Positions 13,124 through 27,133 of a stretch of DNA of 64,000 bases are shown in pieces (position 1 is the first letter of the stretch; each line of letters starts with the position of its first letter). The position numbers and the translations under genes were made by a program. This DNA comes from Anaeramoeba ignava BMAN (Eukaryota > Protista > Anaeramoebae). The DNA is taken from the NCBI GenBank assembly GCA_028826165.1, contig JAPDFW010000092.1, positions 186,001 through 250,000 of the forward strand. Reading direction: 5' to 3'. The notes under the pieces are model-generated. The model had not been told where the DNA came from. It saw nothing but the letters and a program-made list of their open reading frames with translations, and searched no databases.

Positions 13124-14088
13124 ATGAATCCTATTTTTAAAGAATATGATTATCTTTATAAAATTTTTTTAGTTGGTGATTCTGGAGTTGGAAAATCTTG
13201 TTTAATACTTAGATATTGTGTATTTTATTTATTAAATTGTTTATTAAATATTGAAATGAATCCAAAAATTTCAAATTAAAAAATTTTTTCATTTTAATTA
13301 TAACTTTTTTCAAACTTAATTTTAAAGGATGAAACATATACAGATTCTTATATTTCAACAATTGGAGTTGATTTTGTAAATGAATATTAATTTAATTCAA
13401 TTTTCAAAATTAAGAAAAAAAAAACAAATCAATTAAAAAAATCAATTAAAAAACAAATTGAATTAAAATTTGGATCAGAAAATCAGAACAACTGAATTAA
13501 ATGGAAAAACTTTTAAACTCCAAATTGTAAAATTCAAATTAAAAATTCAATTAAAAATTCAAATAAAAAAATTCAATAAAAAATTCAATCAAAAAAATTC
13601 AATTTATTAAAGTGGGATTTTGCAGGAACTCAAAGATTTTCTCCATATACAAGAACTTATTATAAAGGATCACACGGAATTTTACTTTTTTATGATATTA
13701 CAGATCAAAAATCATTTGATAATCTTAAAATTTGGATTAAAGAAATTCAAGATAAAGCAGATGATGGTGTAAATATTATGTTAATTGGAGCAAAATCAGA
13801 TTTAGTTTCAAAAAGAGTAATTGATACAGAAACTGGAGAAGTAAATTTTTTAATTTGAAAATTAAAAGAAATAATCCAAAAAAAATAATCCAAATAAAAT
13901 AGAAATTAGCAGAACAACTTGGTTATTCATTTTTTGAAATAAGTTCAAAAGAAAATATTAATGTTGATGAAGCTTTTGAATTATTAATAAATCAAATTTA
14001 TCAAAGAGTTAGTAAAACTACTCAACAAAACTCAAACAAAAAATCAAATTCAAATCAAAAAGAAAAAAAAGGATGCTTATTATTTTGA
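13124..14088 (+). CDS. Rab1-like GTPase copy 12
   Basis: GDSGVGKSC / [11 protein letters not shown] / KIRT..KLQI / [19 protein letters not shown] / GAKSD / KKGCLLF*. Confidence 0.92.
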
Positions 14089-14218
14089 ATTTATTTATTT
14101 TTTATTGAAGAATTTGAAATTATTTTTATTCTCAATTTTTTTGAAATTTTAATAAATATTTTTTTTGTTTTAAAATTTATTTTTCATTTTTCATTTTTTA
14201 TTTTTCATTAAAAATTAA

Positions 14219-15200
14219 ATGAATCCTATTTTTAAAGATTATGATTATCTTTATAAAATTTTTTTAGTTGGTGATTCTGGAGTTGGAAAATCTTGTTTAA
14301 TACTTAGATATTGTGTATTTTATTTATTAAATTGTTTATTAAATATTGAAATGAATCCAAAAATTTCAAATTAAAAAATTTCTTCATTTTAATTACAACT
14401 TTTTTCAAACTTAATTTTAAAGGATGAAACATATACAGATTCTTATATTTCAACAATTGGAGTTGATTTTGTAAATAAATATTAAATTAATTCAATTTCC
14501 AAAATTTAGAAAAAAAAAAAACAAATCAATTAAAAAAAATCAATTAAAAAACAAATTGAATTAAAATTTGGATCAGAAAATCAGAACAACTGAATTAAAT
14601 GGAAAAACTTTTAAACTCCAAATTGTAAAATTCAAATCAAAAATTCAATTAAAAATTCAATAAAAAAATTCAATAAAAAATTCAAAAAAAAATTCAAATC
14701 AAAAATGAATTCAAAAATAAAAAGTGGGATTTTCATTCAAGTGAAAGATATAGACCTGTTCCTCATTATTATTATAAAGGATCACATGGAATTTTACTTT
14801 TTTATGATATTACAGATCAACAATCATTTGATAATCTTAAAATTTGGATTAAAGAAATTCAAGATAAAGCAGATGATGGTGTAAATATTATGTTAATTGG
14901 AGCAAAATCAGATTTAGTTTCAAAAAGAGTAATTGATACAGAAACTGGAGAAGTAAATTTTTTAATTTGAAAATTAAAAGAAATAATCCAAAAAAAATAA
15001 TCCAAATAAAATAGAAATTAGCAGAACAACTTGGTTATTCATTTTTTGAAATAAGTTCAAAAGAAAATATTAATGTTGATGAAGCTTTTGAATCATTAAT
15101 AAATCAAATTTATCAAAGAGTTAGTAAAACTACTCAACAAAACTCAAACAAAAAATCAAATTCAAATCAAAAAAGAAAAAAAGGATGCTTATTATTTTGA
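14219..15200 (+). CDS. Rab1-like GTPase copy 13 (near-identical to copy 12 except switch II)
   Basis: GDSGVGKSC / STIGVDF / [19 protein letters not shown] / GAKSD / KKGCLLF*. Confidence 0.92.
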
Positions 15201-15331
15201 ATTTATTTATTTTTTATTGAAGAATTTGAAATTATTTTCATTCTCAATTTTTTTGAAATTTTAATAAATATTTTTTTTGTTATTAAAATTTATTTTTCAT
15301 TTTTCATTTTTTATTTTTCATTAAAAATTAA

Positions 15332-16737
15332 ATGAATCCTATTTTTAAGGAATATGATTATCTTTATAAAATTCTATTAGTTGGTGATTCTGGAGCTGGA
15401 AAATCTTGTTTAGTACTTAGATATTGTGTATTTTATTTATTAAATTGTTTATTAAATATTGAAATGAATCCAAAAATTTCAAATTAAAAAATTTTTTCAT
15501 TTTAATTACAACTTTTTTCAAACTTAATTTTAAAGGATGAAACATATACAGATTCTTATATTTCAACAATTGGAGTTGATTTTGTAAATAAATATTAAAT
15601 TAATTCAATTTCCAAAATTTGGAAAAAAAAACAAATCAATTAAAAAAATCAATTAAAAAACAAATTGAATTAAAATTTGGATCAGAAGACAAGAACATTT
15701 GAATTAAATGGAGATACAATCAAACTTCAAATTGTAAAATTCAAATTATAAAAAATTAAATCATAAATCAAATCATAAATCAAATTATAAATCAAATTAT
15801 AAATTAAATTATAAATTAAATCATAAATCAAATTATAAATCAAATCATAAATTGAATCATAAATTGAATCATAAATCAAATCATAAATTGAATTATAAAT
15901 CAAATCATAAATTAAATTATAAATCAAATCATAAATTAAATTATAAATTAAATTATAAATCAAATTATAAATTAAATTATAAATTAAATCATAAATTGAA
16001 TCATAAATTGAATCATAAATTAAATCATAAATTAAATTATAAATTAAATCATAAATCAAATTATAAATTAAATCATAAATTAAATCATAAATTAAATCAT
16101 AAATCAAATCATAAATCAAATCATAAATTAAATTATAAATCAAATTATAAATTAAATCATAAATTAAATCATAAATTAAATCATAAATCAAATCATAAAT
16201 CAAATCATAAATTAAATTATAAAAAATCAAATTATTAAAAGTGGGATACAGCAGGAGCTGAAAGATTTAGAACAATAATATCTTCTTATTATAGAGGAGC
16301 AAATGGAATTATGCTTATTTATGATGTTACAGATCAAGATTCATTTGATAATATTAAAACTTGGATTAAAGATATTCAAGAAAAAGCACCAGATGATGCA
16401 AATATTATGTTAATTGGAACAAAAATTGATTTAGTTTCAAAAAGAGTAGTTGATACAGAAACTGGAAAAGTAATTTCTAAAATTGAAAGAAATCCAAATA
16501 TTAAATAAATATTTAAATAAATATTAAATAAATATTAAATAATAAAAATAGAAATTAGCAGAACAACTTGGTTATTCATTTTTTGAAACAAGTTCAAAAG
16601 AAAATATTAATGTTGATGAAGCTTTTGAATCATTAGGAAATCAAATTTATCAAAGAGTTAAACAAATTCCTCAACAAAAGCCAATTCCAACTCCAATTAA
16701 AAAAGTTGAAGAAAAAAAAGGATGCTTATTATTTTGA
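15332..16737 (+). CDS. RAB1: Rab1-like GTPase copy 14 (closest to canonical Rab1)
   Basis: [20 protein letters not shown] / [16 protein letters not shown] / TIKLQI / [22 protein letters not shown] / GTKID / KKGCLLF*. Confidence 0.85.
15750..16225 (+). repeat. 12-bp AAATYATAAATY tandem repeat in intron 3 of copy 14
   Basis: Direct inspection; it is the source of the spurious ORFs 15727-16230 and 15852-16238. Confidence 0.95.
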
Positions 16738-16938
16738 ATTTATTTATTTCCAAATTTTGTATTGAAAGAATTTAAAAAAATAAAACAAAATTTAATTATT
16801 GTTTAAAAAAAAAATATTTCTGTTTTGATTTTGATTTTGATTTTAATAATTTATTTCTAAAAAAAAAAAGTGGAATAAAAAATGAAAGAAAAATGAAAAA
16901 AAAATTGATTTTCATTTTTTTTTTAATTTTGAAATTAA

Positions 16939-18176
16939 ATGGAAATTCAAAAAGATTATGATTATAAAATCAATATTCTTTTAGTTGGAGATTATAGAGT
17001 TGGGAAATCAAGTTTAAGTCTTCGTTATTTTGTATTTTAATTATTATTTTAATTTATCAATAAAAAAATGAAAAAATGAAAAAATTTATAATTAAAATAA
17101 TTCAATAAAAAAATATAAAAACTGAATACATTTTTAAAAGGAAGATAAATTTCAAGATTCTTATATTTCAACTATTGGAGTTGATTTTGTAAGTAAATTA
17201 TAATTTAAAACAATTAATTTATTAACCAAACAATTTAAAAATTATAAAAAACAAAATATAAATCAAAAAATCAAAACAAAAGAAACTTAAAACAATTGAA
17301 ATGAATGAAAAGATTTTCAAATTTCTTGTTGTAAATAATTTAAAAGAAAATAAATGGAAAAAATAATATTCAAATTAAAAGAAAAATATTCAAATCAAAA
17401 AATCAAAAAATAAATGAAATTATTTTTTTCCAAAATTTTATAAAAAGTGGGATTATCAACCAGCTGAAAGATTTTGGGAAATGCCAAGTAATTATTATAG
17501 AGGAGCACATGGAATTATGATTCTTTATGATACTACAAATCAACAATCATTTGATAATATTAAAAAATGGATAAAACAAATTCAAAATTATGCAAAAAAT
17601 GATGTAAATATTATTTTAATTGGAACAAAAATTGATTTAGTTTCTCAAAAAGTAATTGATACAGAAACTGGAAAAGTATTTTTTAAATTGAAAGAAATCC
17701 AAATATTAAATAAATATTAAATAAATATTAAATAAATATCAAATAAATATTAAATATTTAAATAAATATTAAATAAATATTTAAATAAATATTAAATAAA
17801 TATTAAATAAATATTAAATAAATATTAAATAAATATTAAATAAATATTAAATAAATATTAAATAAATATTAAATAAAAATTCAATAAATATTAAATAAAT
17901 ATTTAAATAAATATTAAATAAATATTAAATAAATATTTAAATAAATATTAAATAAATATTAAATAATAAAAATAGAAATTAGCAGAACAACTTGGTTATT
18001 CATTTTTTGAAACAAGTTCAAAAGAAAATATTAATGTTAATGAAGCTTTTGAAACTTTTTTTAAACAAACTGGAACAAGAGTTGTTCAAACAAATTCAAA
18101 TCAAAATTCAAACACAATTTCAAATTCCATTTCAATTTCAAATCAAAAAGATAAAAAAGAATGTTTATTATTTTGA
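16939..18176 (+). CDS. Rab1-like GTPase copy 15
   Basis: GDYRVGKS / STIGVDF / WDYQPAERFWEMPSNYYRG / GTKID / KKECLLF*; intron 4 holds (TAAATATTAAA)n. Confidence 0.9.
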
Positions 18177-18264
18177 ATTTTATTTATTTTTGTTTACAAT
18201 CCAAAAAATCATTTTTCATTTTTTCATTTTTTCATTTTTTCATTTTTTTTAAAATTTAAATTAA

Positions 18265-19515
18265 ATGAATTATAAAAAAGATTATGATTATATTTTCAAA
18301 ATTTTTTTAGTTGGTAATTATGGAGTTGGAAAAACAAGTTTATTAACTAGATATACTGTATTTGATTTATTCAAAATTTTTTTAAAATCAAATTTTCTAT
18401 ATTAAAAATTTTTTCATTTAAATTATAACTCTTTCCAAAATTAATTTTAAAGGATGGAAACTTTACAAATTCGTATAACTCAACAATTGGATTTGATTTT
18501 GTAAATGAATATTAATTTAATTAAATTTTCAAAATTCAAAAAATTAAAAAAAATTAATTCAAAAAATTAATTCAAAAAAAAATTAAATTAAAAACAATTT
18601 GGATTAAAAATTAAATTAGAAAATTAAAACATTTGAATTAAATGGAAAAATTTTCAAACTTCAAATTGTAAAATTTTTATATCAAAAAAATCAAAAAATC
18701 AAAATCAAAATTAAAAATCAAAATCAAAATCAAAATCAAAATCAAAATCAAAATCAAAATCAAAATCAAAATCAAAATCAAAATGAAAAAATCAAAATTA
18801 ATAAAAGTGGGACCCAACAGGAGCTGAAAGATTTTTAACAATAACAAGATCTTATTATAGAGGAACAAGTGGAGTGATTCTCTTTTATGATGTTACAGAT
18901 CAACAATCATTTAATGATCTTAAAGATTGGATAAAAGAAATTCAAGATAAAGCAGATGATAATGTAAATATTATGTTAATTGGAACAAAATCGGATTTAG
19001 TTTCTCAAAAAGTAATTGATACAGAAACTGGAAAAGTATTTTTGAAATTGAAAGAAATTCAAATATTCAATAAATATTAAATAAATAATAAATAAATATT
19101 TCAATAAATATTTCAATAAAAATTCAATAAATATTAAATAAATATCAAATAGATATTAAATAAATATTTCAATAAATATTAAATAAATATTTCAATAAAT
19201 ATTAAATAAATATTTAATAGATATTAAATAAATATTCAATAAATATTAAATAAATATTAAATAAATATTTAAATAGATATTAAATAAATATCAAATAAAT
19301 ATTAAATAAATATTAAATAAAAATAAAAGAATTTTGCAGAACAACTTGGTTATTCATTTTTTGAAACAAGTTCAAAAGAAAATATTAATGTTGATGAAGC
19401 TTTTGAATCATTAACAAATCAAATTTATCAAAGAGTAAAACAAATTCCTCAAGAAAAGTCAAATCAAATCAAAAAAGAAAAAGATGATGAAAAAAAAGGA
19501 TGTTTATTATTTTGA
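18265..19515 (+). CDS. Rab1-like GTPase copy 16
   Basis: GNYGVGKT / STIGFDF / WDPTGAE / GTKSD / KKGCLLF*. Confidence 0.9.
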
Positions 19516-19642
19516 ATTTATTAATTAATTTATTTAGGAATTTGGGATTATTTTTTTATTCACAATTTTTGAATAAATGAAAAATATTTTTTAAAAAGAA
19601 ATCATTTTTTCATTTTTTCATTTTTTTTAAAAACAAAATTAA

Positions 19643-20681
<1,039 letters not shown>

Positions 20682-20791
20682 AAATTTATTTTTAGAATTG
20701 GATTATTTTTATTCAAATTTTTGAATAAATGAAAATATTTTTAAAAAGAAAATCATTTTTCATTTTTCATTTTCAAAAACAAAATCATTAA

Positions 20792-21590
20792 ATGAATTAT
20801 CAAACAGATTATGATTATCTTTTTAAAGAGCTTTTTATTGGTGATACTGGAGTTGGAAAATCATGGTTTTATGCTTAGATATACTCTATTCAAAATTTTT
20901 CAAATCAAATTTTCCAAAACAATTTTAATTTAAATTATAACTTTTTCCAAAATTATTTTAAAGGATGAACTTATACATGTTATTTTATTTCAACAATTGG
21001 AATTGATTTTGTAAATGAATATTAAATTAATTCAATTTTCAAAATTTGGAAAAATTTTTAACTAAAAATTAAATTAAAAATTAAATTAAAAACAATTTGA
21101 TTAAAAACAATTTGAATTAAAAATTAAATTAGAAAATTAAATAATTTGATTTAAAATAAAAAATTGAAATTTATATTAAAATTTTAAATAAAAAAATCAA
21201 AAGAACAATCAAAATCATTTTTGAAAAATCAAAAAAAAATAAAAATGAAAAATCTTTTGAATCAAAATCAAATCAAAAATCAAAAAATAAAAACAAAAAT
21301 CAAAATCAAAATCAAAATCAAAATCAAAAATAAAAATCAAAAATTAAATTGAAGAAAAAGGATGATCCATTATTTTGAAATTGAAAGATTTACAATAACA
21401 AAGGTTCTCCTTTTTAATCATTTTTCATTTTTCATTTACAAATCATTTTTCATTTTTAAAATTTAAATAAATTAAATTAAATTACCAAGAAAATTATCAG
21501 ATGATGCAAATATTATTTTAATTGGAACAAAATCGGATTTAGTTTCTCAAAAGAGTTAATTGATACAGATATGAAAAGTATTTTTTTAAA
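20792..21590 (+). pseudogene. Rab1-like copy 18: degraded duplicate of copy 17
   Basis: [27 protein letters not shown] and IGTKSD remnants, with indels and lost splice sites. Confidence 0.5.
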
Positions 21591-21599
21591 TTGAAAAAA

Positions 21600-22943
21600 T
21601 CCAAATTTTCAAATAAATATTTCAATAAATTTTATATTTCAATAACTTTTCCCAATATTATTTAAAAGGATGGAACTTTTAAATAAATATTAATTAAATG
21701 AATATTAAATTAATTCAATTTTCAAAATTTAAAAAATTTATTCAAAAAAAATTAAATTAAAAACAATTTGAAAATAATTTGGATTAAAAATTGAATTAGA
21801 AAATCAAAAGATTTGAATTAAATGAAAAACAATTCAAACTTCAAATTGTAAAATTTTTAAATCAAAAAATCAAAAAAATCAAAATCAAAATCAAAATCAA
21901 AATCAAAATCAAAATCAAAATCAAAATCAAAAATAAAAATCAAAATCAAAATCAAAATCAAAATCAAAATTAAAATCAAAATCAAAAATTAAATTAATAA
22001 AAGTGGGATCCATCAGGAAGTGAAAGATTTAGAACAATAACAAGAGGTTATTATAGAGGAGCACATGGAATTATTCTTATTTATGATGTTACAAATCAAA
22101 ATTCATTTGATAATCTTAAAACTTGGATTAAAGAAATTCAAGAAAAAGCATCAGATGATGTGAATGTTATGCTAATTGGAACAAAATCGGATTTAGTTTC
22201 TCAAAGAGTAATTGATACAGAAACTGGAAAAGTATTTTTTAAATTGAAAGAAATCCAAATATTTCAATAAATATTTCAATAAATATTTCAATAAATATCA
22301 AATAAATATTTAATAAATATTAAATAAATATTCCAAATAAATATTTAAATAAATATTAAATAAATATTTCAATAAATATTCAAATAAATATTAAATAAAT
22401 ATCAAATAAATATTAAATAAATATTGAATAAATATTTAAATAGATATTAAATAAATATTTAAATAAATATTAAATAAATATTTCAAATAAATATCAAATA
22501 AATATTAAAATAAATATTAAATAAATATCAAATAAATATTAAATAAATATTAAATAAATATTAAATAAATATTAAATAAATATTAAATAAATATTAAATA
22601 AATATTAAATAAATATTAAATAAATATTAAATAAATATTAAACAAATATTTAAATAAATATTAAATAAATATTAAATAAATATTCAATAAATATTAAATA
22701 AATATTAAATAAATATTTAAATAAATATTAAATAAATATTAAATAAAAATAAAATAGAAATTAGCAGAACAACTTGGTTATTCATTTTTTGAAACAAGTT
22801 CAAAAGAAAATATTAATATTGATGAAGCTTTTGAATCATTAACAAATCAAATTTATCAAAGAATAAAACAAATTCCTCAACAAAAGCCAATTCCAACTCC
22901 AATTAAAAAAGTTGAAGAAAAAAAAGGATGTTTATTATTTTGA
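21600..22943 (+). pseudogene. Rab1-like copy 19: exons 3-5 intact, exons 1-2 missing or garbled
   Basis: KLQI / WDPSGSERFRTITRGYYRGAHG / GTKSD / ETSSK / KKGCLLF*; only an exon-2 stub near 21668. Confidence 0.6.
22255..22745 (+). repeat. (TAAATATTAAA)n 11-mer in intron 4 (also at about 17700-17965, 19065-19320, 23905-24200, 27920-28570, 29890-30160)
   Basis: Direct inspection of the sequence. Confidence 0.93.
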
Positions 22944-23145
22944 ATTTTATTTATTTCCAAATTTTGTATTGAAAGAATTTAAAAAAATAAAACAAAATTT
23001 AATTATTGTTTAAAAAAAAATTATTTCTGTTTTGGATTTTGATTTTAATTTTGATAATTTATTTCTAAAAAAAAAAGTGGAATAAAAAATGAAAGAAAAA
23101 TGAAAAAAAATTGATTTTCATTTTTTTTTTTCATTTTGGAATTAA

Positions 23146-24420
23146 ATGGAAATTCAAAAAGATTATGATTATGTCATTAAAATTCTTTTAGTTGGAGATC
23201 ATGGAGTTGGGAAATCAAGTTTAAGTCTTCGTTATTTTGTATTTTAATTATTAATTTAATTTATCAATAAAAAAATGAAAAAATGAAAAAATTTATAATT
23301 AAAATAATTCAATAAAAAAATATAAAAATTGAATACATTTTTAAAAGGAAGATAAATTTCAAGATTCTTATATTTCAACTATTGGAGTTGATTTTGTAAG
23401 TAAATTATAATTTAAAACAATTAATTTATTAACCAAACAATTTAAAAATTATAAAAAACAAAATATAAATTAAAAAATCAAAACAAAAGAAACTTAAAAC
23501 AATTGAAATGAATGAAAAGATTTTCAAATTTCTTGTTGTAAATAATTTAAAAGAAAATAAATGGAAAAAATAATATTCAAATTAAAAGAAAAATATTCAA
23601 ATCAAAAAATCAAAAAATAAATGAAATTATTTTTTTCCAAAATTTTATAAAAAGTGGGATTATCAACCAACTGAAAGATTTAGGCCAATTCCAAGTAGTT
23701 ATTATAGAGGAGCACATGGAATTATGATTCTTTATGATACTACAAATCAACAATCATTTGATAATATTAAAAAATGGATAAAACAAATTCAAGATTATGC
23801 AAAAAATGATGTTAATATTATTTTAATTGGAACAAAAATAGATTTAGTTTCTCAAAAAGTAATTGATACAGAAACTGGAGAAGTATTTTTTAAATTGAAA
23901 GAAATCCAAATATTAAATAAATATTAAATAAATATTAAATAAATATTAAATAAATATTTAAATAAATATTAAATAAATATCAAATAAATATTAAATAAAT
24001 ATTTAAATAAATATTAAATAAATATTAAATAAATATTAAATAAATATTAAATAAATATTAAATAAATATTAAATAAATATTTAAATAAATATTCCAAATA
24101 AATATTCCAAATAAATATTAAAATAAATATTAAATAAATATTCAAATAAATATCAAATAAATATTAAATGAATATCAAATAAATATTAAATAAATATTAA
24201 ATAAAATGAAATTAAAGAACAAATAAATTATTCAAATAAAACAATAAAGTTAAATTAAAATAAAATAGAAATTAGCAGAATAACTTGTTATTCATTTTTG
24301 AATCATTAAAAAATCAAATTTATCAAAAGACAAAAACAATTTCAAACAAATTCAAATCAAAATTCAAAATCAAATCAAAATTCAAATCAAAAAGATAAAA
24401 AAGGATGTTTATTATTTTAA
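23146..24420 (+). pseudogene. Rab1-like copy 20 (paralogue of copy 15); last exon has a stop and lacks the G5 box
   Basis: GDHGVGKS / STIGVDF / WDYQPTE intact; exon 5 reads KLAE* and the [12 protein letters not shown] segment is deleted. Confidence 0.6.
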
Positions 24421-24564
24421 GTTTATTTATTAATTAATTTAAGAATTCGGGATTATTTTTTATTCACAATTTTTTGAATAAATGAAAAATATTTTTTAAA
24501 AAGAAATCATTTTTTCATTTTTTCATTTTTTCATTTTTTTTTAAATTTAAATAAATTGAATTAA

Positions 24565-25729
24565 ATGAATCCAATTTTTCAAAATTATGATTATCTTTTT
24601 AAAATTATCTTACTTAGTGAAAGAGGAATGGGAAAATCATGTTTATTACTTAGATATACTGTATTTTATTTATTCAAAATTTTTTTAAATCAAATTTTCC
24701 AAAACAATTTTTAATTTAATTTATAAAATTTTCCAATATTATTTTAAAGGATGGAACTTATTCAGATTCTTATATTTCAACAATTGGAGTTGATTTTGTA
24801 AATGAATATTAAATTAATTCAATTTTCAAAATTAATTCAAAAAAAAAAAACAAATCAAAAAATTAATTCAAAAAATTAATTCAAAAAATTAATTAAAAAA
24901 AAAATTAAATTAAAAACAATTTGGATTAAAAATTGAATTAGAAAATCAAAGGATTTGAATTAAATGGAAAAAAATTCAAACTTCAAATTGTAAAATTTTA
25001 TATCAAAAAAATCAAAAAATAAAAATCAAAATCAAAACCAAAATCAAAATTAAAAATCAAAAATCAAAAATCAAAATTAAAAATCAAAATCAAAATCAAA
25101 ATCAAAATCAAAATCAAAATCAAAATCAAAATCAAAATTAAAAAAATCAAAATCAAAAATCAAAATCAAAATCAAAATCAAAATTAAATTTAATAAAAGT
25201 GGGAACCTGCAGGAAGTGAAAGATTTTTAACACTAACAAGATCTTATTATAGAGGAGCACATGGAATTATAATTCTTTATGATACTACAAATCAAGAATC
25301 ATTTGATGATCTTAAAAAATGGATTAAAGAAATTCAAGAAAAAGGGCCAGATGATGCAAATATTATGATAATGGGAACAAAAATTGATTTAGTTTCTCAA
25401 AAAGTAATTGATACAGAAACTGGAAAAGTATTTTTTAAATTGAAAGAAATCCAAATATTCAATAAATATTAAATAAATATTCAATAAATATTAAATAAAT
25501 ATTAAATAAATATTTAATTTAAATTTTCAACAAAATAAAAAAGAATTTTGCAGAACAACTTGGTTATTCATTTTTTGAAACAAGTTCAAAAGAAAATATT
25601 AATATTGATGAAGCTTTTGAATTATTAACAAATCAAATTTATCAAAGAGTAAAACAAATTCCTCAAGAAAAACCAAAATCAAATCAAAATTCAAATCAAA
25701 AAGATAAAAAAGGATGTTTATTATTTTAA
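24565..25729 (+). CDS. Rab1-like GTPase copy 21
   Basis: P-loop SERGMGKS / STIGVDF / WEPAGSE / GTKID / KKGCLLF*. Confidence 0.9.
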
Positions 25730-25853
25730 GTTTATTTATTAATTAATTTAAGAATTCGGGATTATTTTTTATTCACAATTTTTTGAATAAATGAAAAATA
25801 TTTTTTAAAAAGAAACCATTTTTTCATTTTTTCATTTTTTTTTAAATTATAAA

Positions 25854-26993
25854 ATGATACAAGATGGAGATTATCGAATTGATATCCTTTTAATTGGTGA
25901 TCGAAAAGTTGGGAAATCAAATTTAAGGCTTAGATATTGTGTATTTTATTATTTAAAAATAATATTCAATAAAAATTATATCAAAATTGATTGTTTTTAA
26001 AAGGAAGATACATTTACAGATGAAAATTTGGCAATAATTGGAGATGATCTTGTAAATAAATTGGATTATAAATAAAATTATAAATAAAATTATAAATAAA
26101 ATTATAAATAAAATTATAAATAAAATTATAAATAAAATTATAAATAAAATTATAAATAAAATTATAAATTAAATTATAAATAAAATTATAAATAAAATTA
26201 TAAATTAAATTATAAATAAAATTAAATTATTAATTAAATTATAAATTAAATTATAAATTAAATTATAAATTAAATTATTAATAAAATTATAAATTAAATT
26301 ATAAATAAAATTATAAATTAAATTCAGAAAATGAAAGTAATTGAAAAGGCTGGAAAGGTTTCAAAGATTCTTATCGTAAAAACTTTAAAAGAAAAAGAAA
26401 GAAAAAATCCAAAAAGAATTTTGATTTAAAAAATAAATTTTTTGAAATTAAAAAAAAGTGGGATCCAACACCAAATGAAAGATATAGACAATTAATATTA
26501 CTTTATTATAAAAAAGTTCATGGAATTATAATTGTTTATGATGTTACAAATCAAGAATCATTTGATAATATTAAAAAATGGGTGAAAGAAATTCAAAATA
26601 ATTCAAATGATAATGTAAATGTTATTCTAATTGGAACAAAAATTGATTTAGATTCTCAAAAAGTTATTGATACAGAAACTGGAAAAGTATTTTTTATATC
26701 AAAATTAAAAAATATTAAAATAAATATTAAATAAATATTAAATAAATATTAAATAAATATTAAATAAATATTTCAATAAATATCCAAAATATATTAAATA
26801 AAAATAGAAATTAGCAGAACAACTTGGTTATTCATTTTTTGAAACAAGTTCAAAAGAAAATATTAATATTAATGAAGCTTTTGAAACAATGATTATTCAA
26901 ATTGAAAAAAGAAATCATGAAAAATTAAAAAAAAATTCCAATTCCAATTCCAAAAATAATCAAAATGAAAAAAAAGATTGTTTATTAATGTGA
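25854..26993 (+). CDS. Rab1-like GTPase copy 22, highly divergent
   Basis: GDRKVGKS / ENLAIIGDDL / WDPTPNE / YYKKVHG / GTKID / KKDCLLM*. Confidence 0.87.
26068..26322 (+). repeat. 12-bp AAATWAAATTAT repeat in intron 2 of copy 22
   Basis: Direct inspection of the sequence. Confidence 0.93.
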
Positions 26994-27133
26994 AAGTTAG
27001 GTTTTTAAATTTGAATTGAAATTTGAATTGAAATCCATTTTTTTTTAATTATTGATTTATATTTTTGGAAAATGAAAAAATTTCAAAAAATATTTTTTTC
27101 ATTTTTTTTCGATTTCTTTTCTTAAATAATCAA

